Part shown: positions 15,481 through 27,889 of the stretch, piece after piece
Layout of the letters: each line of letters opens with the position of its first letter
Position numbering within the stretch: the first letter of the stretch is position 1
Source: Octopus vulgaris
Taxonomy: Eukaryota
Direction: 5' to 3'
NCBI GenBank assembly: GCA_951406725.2
Contig: OX597819.1
Coordinates: 92,876,001-92,940,000, forward strand
DNA length: 64,000 bases
Program-made: the position numbers and the translations under genes
Notes under the pieces: generated by a model
The model's database searches: none
What the model was told of the DNA's origin: nothing
Seen by the model: the letters and a program-made list of their open reading frames with translations, nothing else

Positions 15481-16020
15481 ATGTGGGTACAGGACGTCAC
15501 TAAACGTGTACAACAAAAAATACGAAGCACAAGTACATGGAACATGAACTATTCTTTCGAACAACGAAAGACACAAATGGAAAACAAAACAAACAACATA
15601 ACAAACGGCCCTTCATCAGTTGTTGCCTGTTTTTCTACTCTCGTAACCGAGCATTTAACAACAATATACGCTTTCGATAAAACAGTTGCTCCCGCAAAGC
15701 AAATTAAATAAAATTTGGGATTTTGCGGAGGCACAAACAGGAAGGGCTGCGGAGCTTAAACGAGGTTGTGGTGGCGAACGCGTAAATCGAGCCAGGACAG
15801 GAGACAAACAAGAACACGTCTTCCTTCTTCCAGCTACAACGGAGAGAAAGAAAGAAAAAGGACTGATGTTCACGTGGGAGCCACGTGAGCAAGGGAGGTG
15901 GAGGGAGGGTGAGAGAGTGACAGAGTAATAGGATAGAATGGTGGAAGAAGAGGAGGTAAAAGAATAAGAGAGAGAAAATAGAGAAAACGAAAGAATAAAA
16001 AGATCATATAGAGTGCGCAT
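15481..16020. mobile_element. Probable PLE terminal-repeat remnant, related to 571-650
   Basis: Shares ~80 bp in inverted orientation with 571-650; flanked by TA-rich microsatellites; ends in a purine-rich tract. Confidence 0.45.
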
Positions 16021-16106
16021 CAGAATTATTAAGACAAAACTTACTTGGAAGAGGATGTATGTATGTATCTATCTATCTATTTCACTCTCTGTATACACAC
16101 TCACAC

Positions 16107-16187
<81 letters not shown>

Positions 16188-17007
16188 GGAAATGAAGAAA
16201 ATGCTGACAAATAATTGAAGTAATTTAAGTAATTTAATTAGGTGAAAGTTCTTTTTACCGGTTGCGCATTTGTTATGCTTATCAAAATATAAAAGAGAGA
16301 TTAGAGTCTGTCTCTTATATGTGAAAAAAAGAGGCTCCAGAGTTGTTTGGGATTTGCTTGGTTTCGCGCCTAAAATTTTGATTGGTCATTATGAAGGGGT
16401 CACGTGAATGTTTGAATGGAAGTTGGTGTTGGGGTAAGAAAAAAGGCTCCAGAGAAGTTAAAATTTGGCTAGTGTCCCGCCTAAAATTTCTTATTGGCCA
16501 TAATAAAGAGGTCACGTGAACGTTTAGAATTTTCGAAAATAGTGTTGTTGAAAATTCTTATTGTTCAGGCTGGTCAGTAGACGTCATGTGGATATTTTAA
16601 ATAGCTTTTTTAGCGCGTAGTTAGGGAGTGTATTTTCCGCTTGACTGGATAAGTAAGTTCGTTTAGAACAGGGAGAGCTGTATGTATGTATGTGTGTGCG
16701 CGCGCAATCGCGTGTGTGTGTTTATATGTATGTTGGGGCGCGCGCGCGTGTATATATGTGTGTGTGTGTGGGTAAAATTTTCAATATTTATAGTTCTGCT
16801 GGCCTTGTGCCTGTATCGGGAAGCAACGTATTTGTGTGAAGTCAATATTTACAGCCATTTCCAAAAAATAGTGTTGGATGTTTTGCACCCGTATTCAATT
16901 ATGTGTATGTGTGAAACCATATATTTGTGTGTGTCATGGTGTTAATATCTGGGTAAAGGTGTGTGTAGGGTGTGTGCAGGTGTAAGTGTGTTTGTTGTGG
17001 GTTCGTG

Positions 17008-18211
17008 TTAGGGGCATGTGTTTAGAAGTGGTCTGTATTTATTAATAAGGTGGGATTCCATGGTTATTCGCTGGGTATGAGTGGCATTGTCTTTAAATTT
17101 GTAGAGGGGAAAGATTCTAAAATTGGGATGGAGTTGTGCGGCACAGGTATCAATATGTGCACTAAATGCTATTTTTCTATATTCCTGTATTTTTATTTGG
17201 GATCTGTGGACAGTCATGCGTTGGCGGAGGCTATTTTTTGTTTGGCCTATGTAGTGTTCATTACAGCCCGAGCAAGTTAAGACATATACTAGGTTTTCTG
17301 ATGCGCATGTGAAGTTGTGTTTTACTGTGAAACGTTGTCCTTGTTTAAAAAGGAATTCCGGACCTTCTATTAGGTTGATGCATATACCACAGTTGGGTCT
17401 ATTGCATTTGTTTACTGTGGGTTTAGTTGTTGTGGTTGGCAGTACTTTGGCATTTGTTAGGATGGTTTTCAATGATTTGGGTTGCCTTTTGCTCTTTATG
17501 ATTTCGTGTGTTAGGAGGATTTGGTTCATTCTATGGTCCTTTTGTAATACAGGAATGTTCTGGAGGATGGTGTCAAAAGCTTCATTGTTGAGGGGGTTGT
17601 GTGTAGAGATGTATGGTAGAGTATGGGGTTTCGATGTAACAGGTTTAGGGCGTCTAATTTCCTGCGTGCTGAGTTTTAGGGCGCGTTGGATCCCATTGTC
17701 AATTAGTGACGTGGGGTAATCCCTGCTTGTTAATGTGCCCTTGAGTTCTTGTAGACGTAAGAGACGGGTGTTTTTATTGGAGACTATAGTGCAAATTCTC
17801 TTGGCTAAGTTGTAGGGAATGTTAATTTTAACGTGTCTAGGGTGGCATGAATTGAAAGGGAGGTATTGCTTGGAGTCTGTGGGCTTGTAGTATATGTCTG
17901 TTTCTATTTTTTTGTTGTGAATTTTAATGAGGATGTCGAGGAAGGGAATTTGTTGAGGGCTGTATTCCATTGTGAAAATAATGTTTGTGTTGAGCCCATT
18001 TATAAGAGTGTGAAATTCGTTAAGCTTCTCGACGGTTTCGGGCCAAAGGATGAAGCAGTCATCAAGATATCTCTTCCAGTTCTTCTCTATGTGTGTGTGG
18101 AGAGTGGTGCCAAATTGGTTAAGAACGTTATTATAGAGGGTGATTTCCAGGTATCCCATGACTAAGTTGGCGTAAGTGGGGGCTGTTTTCGTTCCCATTG
18201 CCGTCCCTGAT
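17008..18211 (-). pseudogene. 5'-truncated PLE pol (RT C-half + GIY-YIG endonuclease), open frame
   Basis: SGTAMGTKTAPTYANLVMG, RYLDD, PFLD, YYKPTD, CNRPNCGIC linker, VYVLTCSGCNEHYIGQT..RQRMTVH; no native start codon. Confidence 0.95.
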
Positions 18212-18376
18212 AAGCATAACAAATGCGCAACCGGTAAAAAGAACTTTCACCTAATTAAATTACTTAAATTACTTCAATTATTTGTCAGCATTTTCTTCAT
18301 TTCCTTTTTTATATATCACCACTCGTGTTCGACATCTCCTTTTTTAAATATCATATCCCCGCACGAGATACAGAAA

Positions 18377-19672
18377 ATGCCTACAAAAACTGAAACCACC
18401 CTAATCAACTTAAACGAAGAAATCCTACAGGAACTCAAAAACATCAACACCAACCTCTCTGTACTAGTCAACAAATTGGACTCTACTAATGAGGAAACCA
18501 TTACCGGACACCCACCCTCCGAAATCGGCGATAAGCTACAAACTCTGTGTGATACGATCCACACCTTTTTCACCACCACCAACCCAGCCAAAAACAAAGA
18601 AGAACCATGTCAAATTGATTCATACAAACTGAAAAATCATATAATCCCAGAATGGAACAAATCCCTCAGAGACAGAAAGTTCTCCTTCTGGAAAATGATT
18701 AGAAACAACAACAAGGCCGAGATATACGAAAAATGGATGAACTCTACTCCTCTAACTCTTCCCCGCAAAATACAATTAAAAGCCATTCCCAATGAACCTG
18801 AACCTCAAAGACGACTTAGGGAAAGAATGGCATTAGAGAGACTGAAAACAGAGATTGAACTTCTCAAATTAAGGGCCCAAACAAATGAGGAAAGAGTCAA
18901 AACAATCGATGAAGAGATCCTCCTCGTAATAAATAACAAGGCCGAAAGCCTACACATAGAGAAGATCTCCAAATTATGGAAAGATGACTGCAACAAAGAG
19001 GAACTAAAATCCCTACAACGCTGGGAAAAAAGTGCCGCCTGGTTCCTAAACTATGAATCGACTTTCAAAACGGATTACTCTTCCAATAACCCGTTCATAA
19101 AAATGGGAAAACCAGGAACCCAACCACACAACTACTCCGCCAACCCTCCAACCTTGAACAAAAGAAGGAAACAGCATATTGAAGATGTACCTTCTTACCC
19201 CACGTCCATAAGGAGGAACAAGAACCCTGGAAACTCTCACCACCAGAATTACATTAACGAATTTCCCTCTTCAAGGAGACGCTACACACAACAACTCAAC
19301 AACTACTCGAATACCTTATTAACAAATAAAAGAGGATCCCACTACCAGGATAGACACAACAACATCCACACCACGAGGGGACAACAAGGTAATTTTCACT
19401 TTCTCAACTCTCACAATACACAACAAACCCATACCACTCGATACAAGCACCCACGCAGGCCACTCATATCACCACAATCCATCACAACACAAAGAAACAC
19501 ACACCAACACCCGCAATACAGGAACACCCCATTCTATCCACAACCACGAACCCGAACCATATTTCACAACAAGGAATATAACAAACACACAGGACCTCCT
19601 AACACCAACAAACAACCCCTCTACCCCAACCATTTTTTAGACACAGCACACAGATACAGGCAAACAAAATAA
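18377..19672 (+). CDS. PLE ORF1-like protein (431 aa): coiled-coil N-half, basic N/H/Q/R/P/T-rich disordered C-half
   Basis: ATG at 18377 just after the 5' terminal repeat; stop-free; heptad-like segments LNEEILQELKNINTNLSVLVNKL and LERLKTEIELLKLRAQTNEERVKTI. Confidence 0.8.
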   Translation: MPTKTETTLINLNEEILQELKNINTNLSVLVNKLDSTNEETITGHPPSEIGDKLQTLCDTIHTFFTTTNPAKNKEEPCQIDSYKLKNHIIPEWNKSLRDRKFSFWKMIRNNNKAEIYEKWMNSTPLTLPRKIQLKAIPNEPEPQRRLRERMALERLKTEIELLKLRAQTNEERVKTIDEEILLVINNKAESLHIEKISKLWKDDCNKEELKSLQRWEKSAAWFLNYESTFKTDYSSNNPFIKMGKPGTQPHNYSANPPTLNKRRKQHIEDVPSYPTSIRRNKNPGNSHHQNYINEFPSSRRRYTQQLNNYSNTLLTNKRGSHYQDRHNNIHTTRGQQGNFHFLNSHNTQQTHTTRYKHPRRPLISPQSITTQRNTHQHPQYRNTPFYPQPRTRTIFHNKEYNKHTGPPNTNKQPLYPNHFLDTAHRYRQTK

Positions 19673-21956
19673 CACAGGACAGGGAAGAGAAACATAAACT
19701 AATTAAAGTCATCAATTTAACCAATACAGAACCCAACCCCAACCTTCTCAACTTACTCTCCAAAGGTCTGAAATTCACACCAACCCCCCCACGTCCAAAC
19801 TACTACGAAATGAAGGAAGACATTACAGAATTTTGTAGAAAATTGCGACTTAGTGAGGAACTATTCGACCAGCACAAAGAGGATGAGTCACTAGCTAGAA
19901 ATAAAAGCAACTACACCCCACGAAAAGGTAGAAATAAAATCCTAGACGAATTCTGTGAGCACATTACAAACTTCCCCTACCAACACTTACACAAACCAAA
20001 ACCCAAACCAAACCTCAACAAGAAAGAGTGGGAAGAATTAAACAAATTAAAAAATGAAAGATCTATCACCATTAAAGAGGCCGATAAAGGAAGTGCAGTA
20101 GTCTTAATGGAGACAGAATACTATATCAACTTAGCACTCTCCACCTTGGAAAATGGAACATATTACGAAAAGGCTGAACACTACAATCAACAGAAAATTA
20201 TGAGAAACTTAAAAACCCTGATCAACCCCCACAAAGAAGAACTCACTAACAAAGAATTCAACTTCATCACAAATTTCACTAGTAAAACCAGCCTCTTCTA
20301 CGGTATTCCCAAAATTCATAAAAGCGAATTAATAAGTAAGGCATGCAAGGAAGCCACAAACTCTGTAATCAATGTCCCCTCACCAAATGACCTCAAATTG
20401 AGACCTATAATAGCAGGTCCCGCTTGCGAAACCCACCGCCTTAGCAACTTCATTGATACCCTTCTCAAGCCGTTCCTCAAACACATTAAAAGCTACATAA
20501 GGGACGATCTAGATATGCTCAACCACCTCCCCAATACACTTCTTGCTGAACAAACCCTGCTAGTAACATTCGATGTAGTCAATCTTTACTCCAACATCCC
20601 CCACAACCTAGGAATAGAAGCTATCCAATTCTGGCTGGATAATTACTCCAACGAACTCCCATACCGCATCAAAAAGGAATTTATTTTAGAAGGACTCAAA
20701 TTCATCTTAGAGAATAATTTCTTCACCTTCAACAACAAATTCTACAGACAGAAATCAGGGACGGCAATGGGAACGAAAACAGCTCCCACTTACGCCAACT
20801 TAGTCATGGGATACCTGGAAATCACCCTCTATAATAACGTTCTTAACCAATTTGGCACCACTCTCCACACACACATAGAGAAGAACTGGAAGAGATATCT
20901 TGATGACTGCTTCATCCTTTGGCCCGAAACCGTCGAGAAGCTTAACGAATTTCACACTCTTATAAATGGGCTCAACACAAACATTATTTTCACAATGGAA
21001 TACAGCCCTCAACAAATTCCCTTCCTCGACATCCTCATTAAAATTCACAACAAAAAAATAGAAACAGACATTACTACAAGCCCACAGACTCCAAGCAATA
21101 CCTCCCTTTCAATTCATGCCACCCTAGACACGTTAAAATTAACATTCCCTACAACTTAGCCAAGAGAATTTGCACTATAGTCTCCAATAAAAACACCCGT
21201 CTCTTACGTCTACAAGAACTCAAGGGCACATTAACAAGCAGGGATTACCCCACGTCACTAATTGACAATGGGATCCAACGCGCCCTAAAACTCAGCACGC
21301 AGGAACTTAGACGCCCTAAACCTGTTACATCGAAACCCCATACTCTACCATACATCTCTACACACAACCCCCTCAACAATGAAGCTTTTGACACCATCCT
21401 CCAGAACATTCCTGTATTACAAAAGGACCATAGAATGAACCAAATCCTCCTAACACACGAAATCATAAAGAGCAAAAGGCAACCCAAATCATTGAAAACC
21501 ATCCTAACAAATGCCAAAGTACTGCCAACCACAACAACTAAACCCACAGTAAACAAATGCAATAGACCCAACTGTGGTATATGCATCAACCTAATAGAAG
21601 GTCCGGAATTCCTTTTTAAACAAGGACAACGTTTCACAGTAAAACACAACTTCACATGCGCATCAGAAAACCTAGTATATGTCTTAACTTGCTCGGGCTG
21701 TAATGAACACTACATAGGCCAAACAAAAAATAGCCTCCGCCAACGCATGACTGTCCACAGATCCCAAATAAAAATACAGGAATATAGAAAAATAGCATTT
21801 AGTGCACATATTGATACCTGTGCCGCACAACTCCATCCCAATTTTAGAATCTTTCCCCTCTACAAATTTAAAGACAATGCCACTCATACCCAGCGAATAA
21901 CCATGGAATCCCACCTTATTAATAAATACAGACCACTTCTAAACACATGCCCCTAA
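19582..21956 (+). pseudogene. PLE pol (RT + GIY-YIG endonuclease) with one 1-bp deletion near 21071
   Basis: Frame open from 19582: VINLT, LSKGLKF, ADKG, YGIPKIHK, LRPII, FDVVNLYSNIP, GTAMG, YLDD; GACATTACTAC versus intact GACATATACTAC in the inverted copy; EN in 21435-21956. Confidence 0.93.
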
Positions 21957-22438
21957 CACGAACCCACAACAAACACACTTACACCTGCACACACCCTACA
22001 CACACCTTTACCCAGATATTAACACCATGACACACACAAATATATGGTTTCACACATACACATAATTGAATACGGGTGCAAAACATCCAACACTATTTTT
22101 TGGAAATGGCTGTAAATATTGACTTCACACAAATATGTTGCTTCCCGATACAGGCACAAGGCCAGCAGAACTATAAATATTGAAAATTTTACCCACACAC
22201 ACACACATATATACACGCGCGCGCGCCCCAACATACATATAAACACACACACGCGATTGCGCGCGCACACACATACATACATACAGCTCTCCCTGTTCTA
22301 AACGAACTTACTTATCCAGTCAAGTAGTTATCCCTAACTACGCGCTAAAAAGCTATTTAAAATACCCACATGACGTCTACTGACCAGCCTGAACAATAAG
22401 AATTTTCAACAACACTATTTTCGAAAATTCTAAACGTT

Positions 22439-22645
22439 CACGTGACCTCTTTATTATGGCCAATAAGAAATTTTAGGCGGGACACTAGCCAAATTTTAAC
22501 TTCTCTGGAGCCTTTTTTCTTACCCCAACACCAACTTCCATTCAAACATTCACGTGACCCCTTCATAATGACCAATCAAAATTTTAGGCGCGAAACCAAG
22601 CAAATCCCAAACAACTCTGGAGCCTCTTTTTTTCACATATAAGAG
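22439..22645 (+). promoter_or_regulatory. Candidate PLE promoter: two 112-bp-period modules of E-box + CCAAT + E2F-like site
   Basis: CACGTGAC at 22439/22551, CCAAT at 22460/22572, GGCGGGA at 22476 / GGCGCGAAA at 22587; mirrored at ~16312-16518. Confidence 0.5.
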
Positions 22646-22660
22646 ACAGACTCTAATCTC

Positions 22661-22707
22661 TCTTTTATATTTTGATAAGCATAACAAATGCGCAACCGGT
22701 AAAAAGA
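22661..22707 (+). ncRNA. Degenerate minimal hammerhead-like motif in the PLE terminal repeat
   Basis: TTGATAA-GCAT aacaa ATGC-GCAA-CCGG-TA; further copies at 16250-16296 (-) and partial at 18208-18242; A13C deviation and weak stem I. Confidence 0.5.
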
Positions 22708-22810
22708 ACTTTCACCTAATTAAATTACTTAAATTACTTCAATTATTTGTCAGCATTTTCTTCATTTCCTTTTTTATATATCACCACTCGTGTTCGACAT
22801 CTCCTTTTTT

Positions 22811-22843
<33 letters not shown>

Positions 22844-22847
<4 letters not shown>

Positions 22848-23131
22848 AAATTTTATTGCCAATATAATATGGCTATCATCTTTCTAGTTGGCTATACGAT
22901 CTGTGTCCTTATATTTTCAAACCTGGAATTCAGCATCCCTGCCCCAGCATAAAGCGACACCTGTGGAATATTTGCAAGGCTATTGTACTTCATCTGAATT
23001 CCCAGTTCGAAAATACAAGGTCACAGATAATGTGTCGCATAGCCAACAAGAAACGCAGTTTCTTGGGGCTAATAAACAGTAACAAATCCCCTTAATGGAC
23101 AGCCATAATATGTTGGCAATTAAATTTTACT
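22844..23131. mobile_element. ~290-bp element with ~34-bp imperfect terminal inverted repeats
   Basis: AGTCAAATTTTATTGCCAATATAATATGGCTATC versus reverse complement of 23098-23131. Confidence 0.65.
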
Positions 23132-23206
23132 TTAAAAAAATGCAACTGTATGTATCTCTTTCAGAGATTTAGAAATAATACTATATATATATATATATAT
23201 ATATAT

Positions 23207-24838
<1,632 letters not shown>

Positions 24839-24984
24839 TAAAATAGAAAGATGAATAATCTTGTTGCAGATTAATCAAAAGTTTAACCGATACCTTGGTA
24901 GCAAAAATCACGGCAGAAGAAAGCACGGTTGGAGATAAAACCTATTGGTGTTGCAACCGTGCGTTGGTGCGGATAATTGAATTT

Positions 24985-25310
24985 TAGTATTATTAATGAA
25001 TTGAAGAAATGGAGTTGAACGAAGATTGAACAGAATTCCTTTTATTGCATTCTACACATGTTTCAAAAGCCACAATTTTCCAAATTCTGATTAAATAAGG
25101 ATCCCATATTGTGGCTTTCTCTTCAGGAAAAAAATATGATGATTGTGCTGCCAACGGAATTCCTATTTTTTTCCTGAAGAGAAAGCCACAATATGGGATC
25201 CTTATTTAATCAGAATTTGGAAAATTGTGGCTTTTGAAACATGTGTAGAATGCAATAAAAGGAATTCTGTTCAATCTTCGTTCAACTCCATTTCTTCAAT
25301 TCACTAATAA

Positions 25311-25315
<5 letters not shown>
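24985..25315. repeat. Long palindrome (152-bp arms, 27-bp spacer) within a (TA)n-flanked element (~24835-25315)
   Basis: 24985-25136 is the reverse complement of 25164-25315 with one visible mismatch. Confidence 0.95.
25171..25250 (+). ncRNA. Type I hammerhead ribozyme, canonical core (mirror copy on - strand at ~25050-25129)
   Basis: TTC-CTGAAGA-GAAAGCCACAAT...ATTGTGGCTTTT-GAAAC-ATGT-GTA-GAA: 12-bp stem II, GUA cleavage triplet, 3-bp stem I. Confidence 0.75.
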
Positions 25316-25383
<68 letters not shown>

Positions 25384-25529
25384 CATGCATACATGCATGT
25401 TCGACCTGCTAAAGTTCCAGAGAGTATTATGAAGGCCATAGCAGATCTGATTTCATCGTGGGCCACAACACAAGAGGTGATTGTATTACCGCTGATAAAA
25501 TACAGTACTTTTGAGGAATATTCCAAAGA

Positions 25530-27010
25530 ATCAGCCTCTCTATAATGCTGTTCACAATTTCAGAAAACTCATTGCTATTTATGTTGAGAAAAACTGATGA
25601 TTATTTCTTAGGTTCGCAGGGAGGCAGAAATACGAAAATTGCTGAAAACGTTTTTTGTGGATGACTTGAATCTTTATGCCAGGAATATGTATGACATGAA
25701 AAAAAAATAGAAAGTTGACCTATTACAACATTCTCAAAGGATATAGGAATTGAGTTTGGTCGGAATAAATTTTCCTATATGGTTGTGAAACGGGGGAAAA
25801 TTGTAAATCGGACTAGCAGCATCTTCATCAGTAACTTAACTGTTTCTCTTTCACCTAATGAAGAATTTTACAGACACCAAGTGATAGACAAAAACATATC
25901 TTACGATGGTACTGATAGCAAGCTAGGAATGAGTCACTGCAGAATATAACAGCAGGATAAGAAAAATATGAACCTCGGAACTCTGCATACAATAAAGAAG
26001 TGACCCATTATATACCTGTATTAATACCAATATTACGGCCACTTGATTGGATGTTTCATGAGATCAGAGTCATTACGATGAAAACCCGAAATATACTTAC
26101 CAGCACAAATAATTTCCACGTCAACGGAAACAAGGAGACAGACGCTTAACATAGATCCAGACTACTTTTGAATGCTACATTACATCCCTTCTTGCAACAG
26201 TTTTTAACCACTAAGATTCAGAGTGCTTCCTTGATCAAGTCTGAATACGCGAGGCATATAACATCTTAAGAATTGGAAAGTAGCTTCTCGAGAAACAATA
26301 TCTGTCAATTAACCTTGAAGATATTCCTAAAGAAGTTGCACAACTCTACTGCAAAATATCATCAGATGAAAGGATGAGTACAAATCAGCAGAAGACCGTG
26401 CATGGATATGTTACCAGAAAACTCTAAGATGACAGCAACATTGCTAATCAAAGCCGTCTATTGTGAGCCAACAACCGGATCACAAAACTTACTTTCAAAA
26501 GTATGCATGTGAGATCGATGAACCAGAAATAGCCACCAAATTCCTGATGCACAAAAGGAATAGAAACGCAGGGAAGACACCAAAGTATGACAAGTGATGC
26601 TGAATTTGGGAGTTAACCTCAAAGATATCGTCAGGTAGTAAATAGTTGTCGAAAACTGTATCAGGTTATTATCTACCAGTGACACAATGCAGAATGAAAT
26701 CTGTGGGAGGGACAATCTTGGGGCCGAAGGTATAACAAGCATAATGTGTTTGAGATCATAAGCAATCATAATATGACTACTGGTGGAATATCCCAGTAAA
26801 AACCCCAATAAAAGGCACACATAGGAGTCCAGACATAGTAATTTGTAACAGAGAAAAGAAATCATTTACAGTAGTCGTAATCAGTTGCCCAGCGTATGAC
26901 AACATGAAGTTCATCGAAAAAGAAAATACATATGCTGAACTATTGAGAATATGGAGAAAGCTAATTAGAAGGCTGCAGATGCAAGCCATCAATAGAACTA
27001 TCAAAATATA
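25530..27010 (+). mobile_element. Highly decayed R4/Dong-type LINE fragment
   Basis: FVDDLNLYA (RT motif C), FSKDIGIEFG, HGYV, downstream WW..P and PDIVI remnants; many stops and frameshifts. Confidence 0.65.
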
Positions 27011-27889
27011 AAAAAACTTCCGAAATGTTCAGCATTTAAGAGCATATGCGCATGTCTAGATATGCGCATAAAACAGGAAAATTTGCGATGCATTACTTTA
27101 TATATTGTACAGATACACAAATATACACAAATATTTTGCTGATGTTGTTTAAAATTTCGGTGAAGGAACCCTGGACCTATGTTAGAAACCGGCTCTTTAT
27201 TGGCCATAAATCTAGAAATAAAATTGAATAATAACATTCATACATGCATACATATATCGTATTTTATGTCGTTACACCTGATTGTTTTTTCCATTTTGTA
27301 CAGCTGTCTTCTAATCACTTGCTACTTGTTTGTTACAGCTATATTTTGTCATTACAAGCTTTATATTTCTTTATAGCTGATAAATTTTAAAAGCGAAATA
27401 TTTAACCATATATCATCATGATGATATCTCACATATTTTAAAATGGCAGACAAGAGTATTCTTTCATTATTGTGACTAAGGGTCTGTCATGACCGCATAA
27501 CGAGGTTTGCAAACTTTTCAAGCAGCCGCATAAAAAAATGAAAGAAAAAAAAAACAATTTTGCTTTTTGTTTCTTAATGAATATGTATGAAAATCAAGAA
27601 AGCTAGACGCAACCTAAGGCGAAAAGTTTAATTTTCCATTTTCCAGCGACGATATATTTCTAATCACAGAATCATTAAGTCAAGTTAGTTAGTTTTAATT
27701 ACATATCAGAACATTCAAATCATATAGTTAAAATATTTCAAACTGTTATCAAAGGAATATTTGACAATATTAACTTTAATACGTTTCATTTTTATTCGTT
27801 ACTTAATTTCTATTGGTCAGATGTCATCGTAGATAATGGAAGAGAAATTAATTTTCTTAAATCGTTTTAGTCATATGTTGTAAATGACA

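Larger units (their letters stand above)
16177..22817. mobile_element. Penelope-like retroelement composite (Neptune-type): inverted 5'-truncated copy plus near full-length copy, inserted in (TA)n
   Basis: 16177-18211 is the reverse complement of 20754-~22781; short direct terminal repeat 18208-18351 = 22673-22817; (TA)n on both flanks. Confidence 0.96.

Noticed and set aside
15600-15690. CTGATGA and GAAA on the minus strand as a hammerhead
   Set aside because: Stems II and III cannot be paired consistently; at best a decayed remnant.
18207-18213. CTGATAA at the junction as a restored canonical hammerhead core
   Set aside because: The C comes from antisense RT sequence, gives a C3-A8 mismatch, and stem I is lost.
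18176-18376. N-terminal 67 codons of the 498-aa ORF call
   Set aside because: They span antisense RT sequence and the terminal repeat across the inversion junction; the plausible start is ATG 18377.
17008-21956. Naiad/Chlamys-type PLE or telomerase
   Set aside because: GIY-YIG is C-terminal with a CxxxxCxxC linker, which fits the Neptune type; no TERT-specific motifs were seen.
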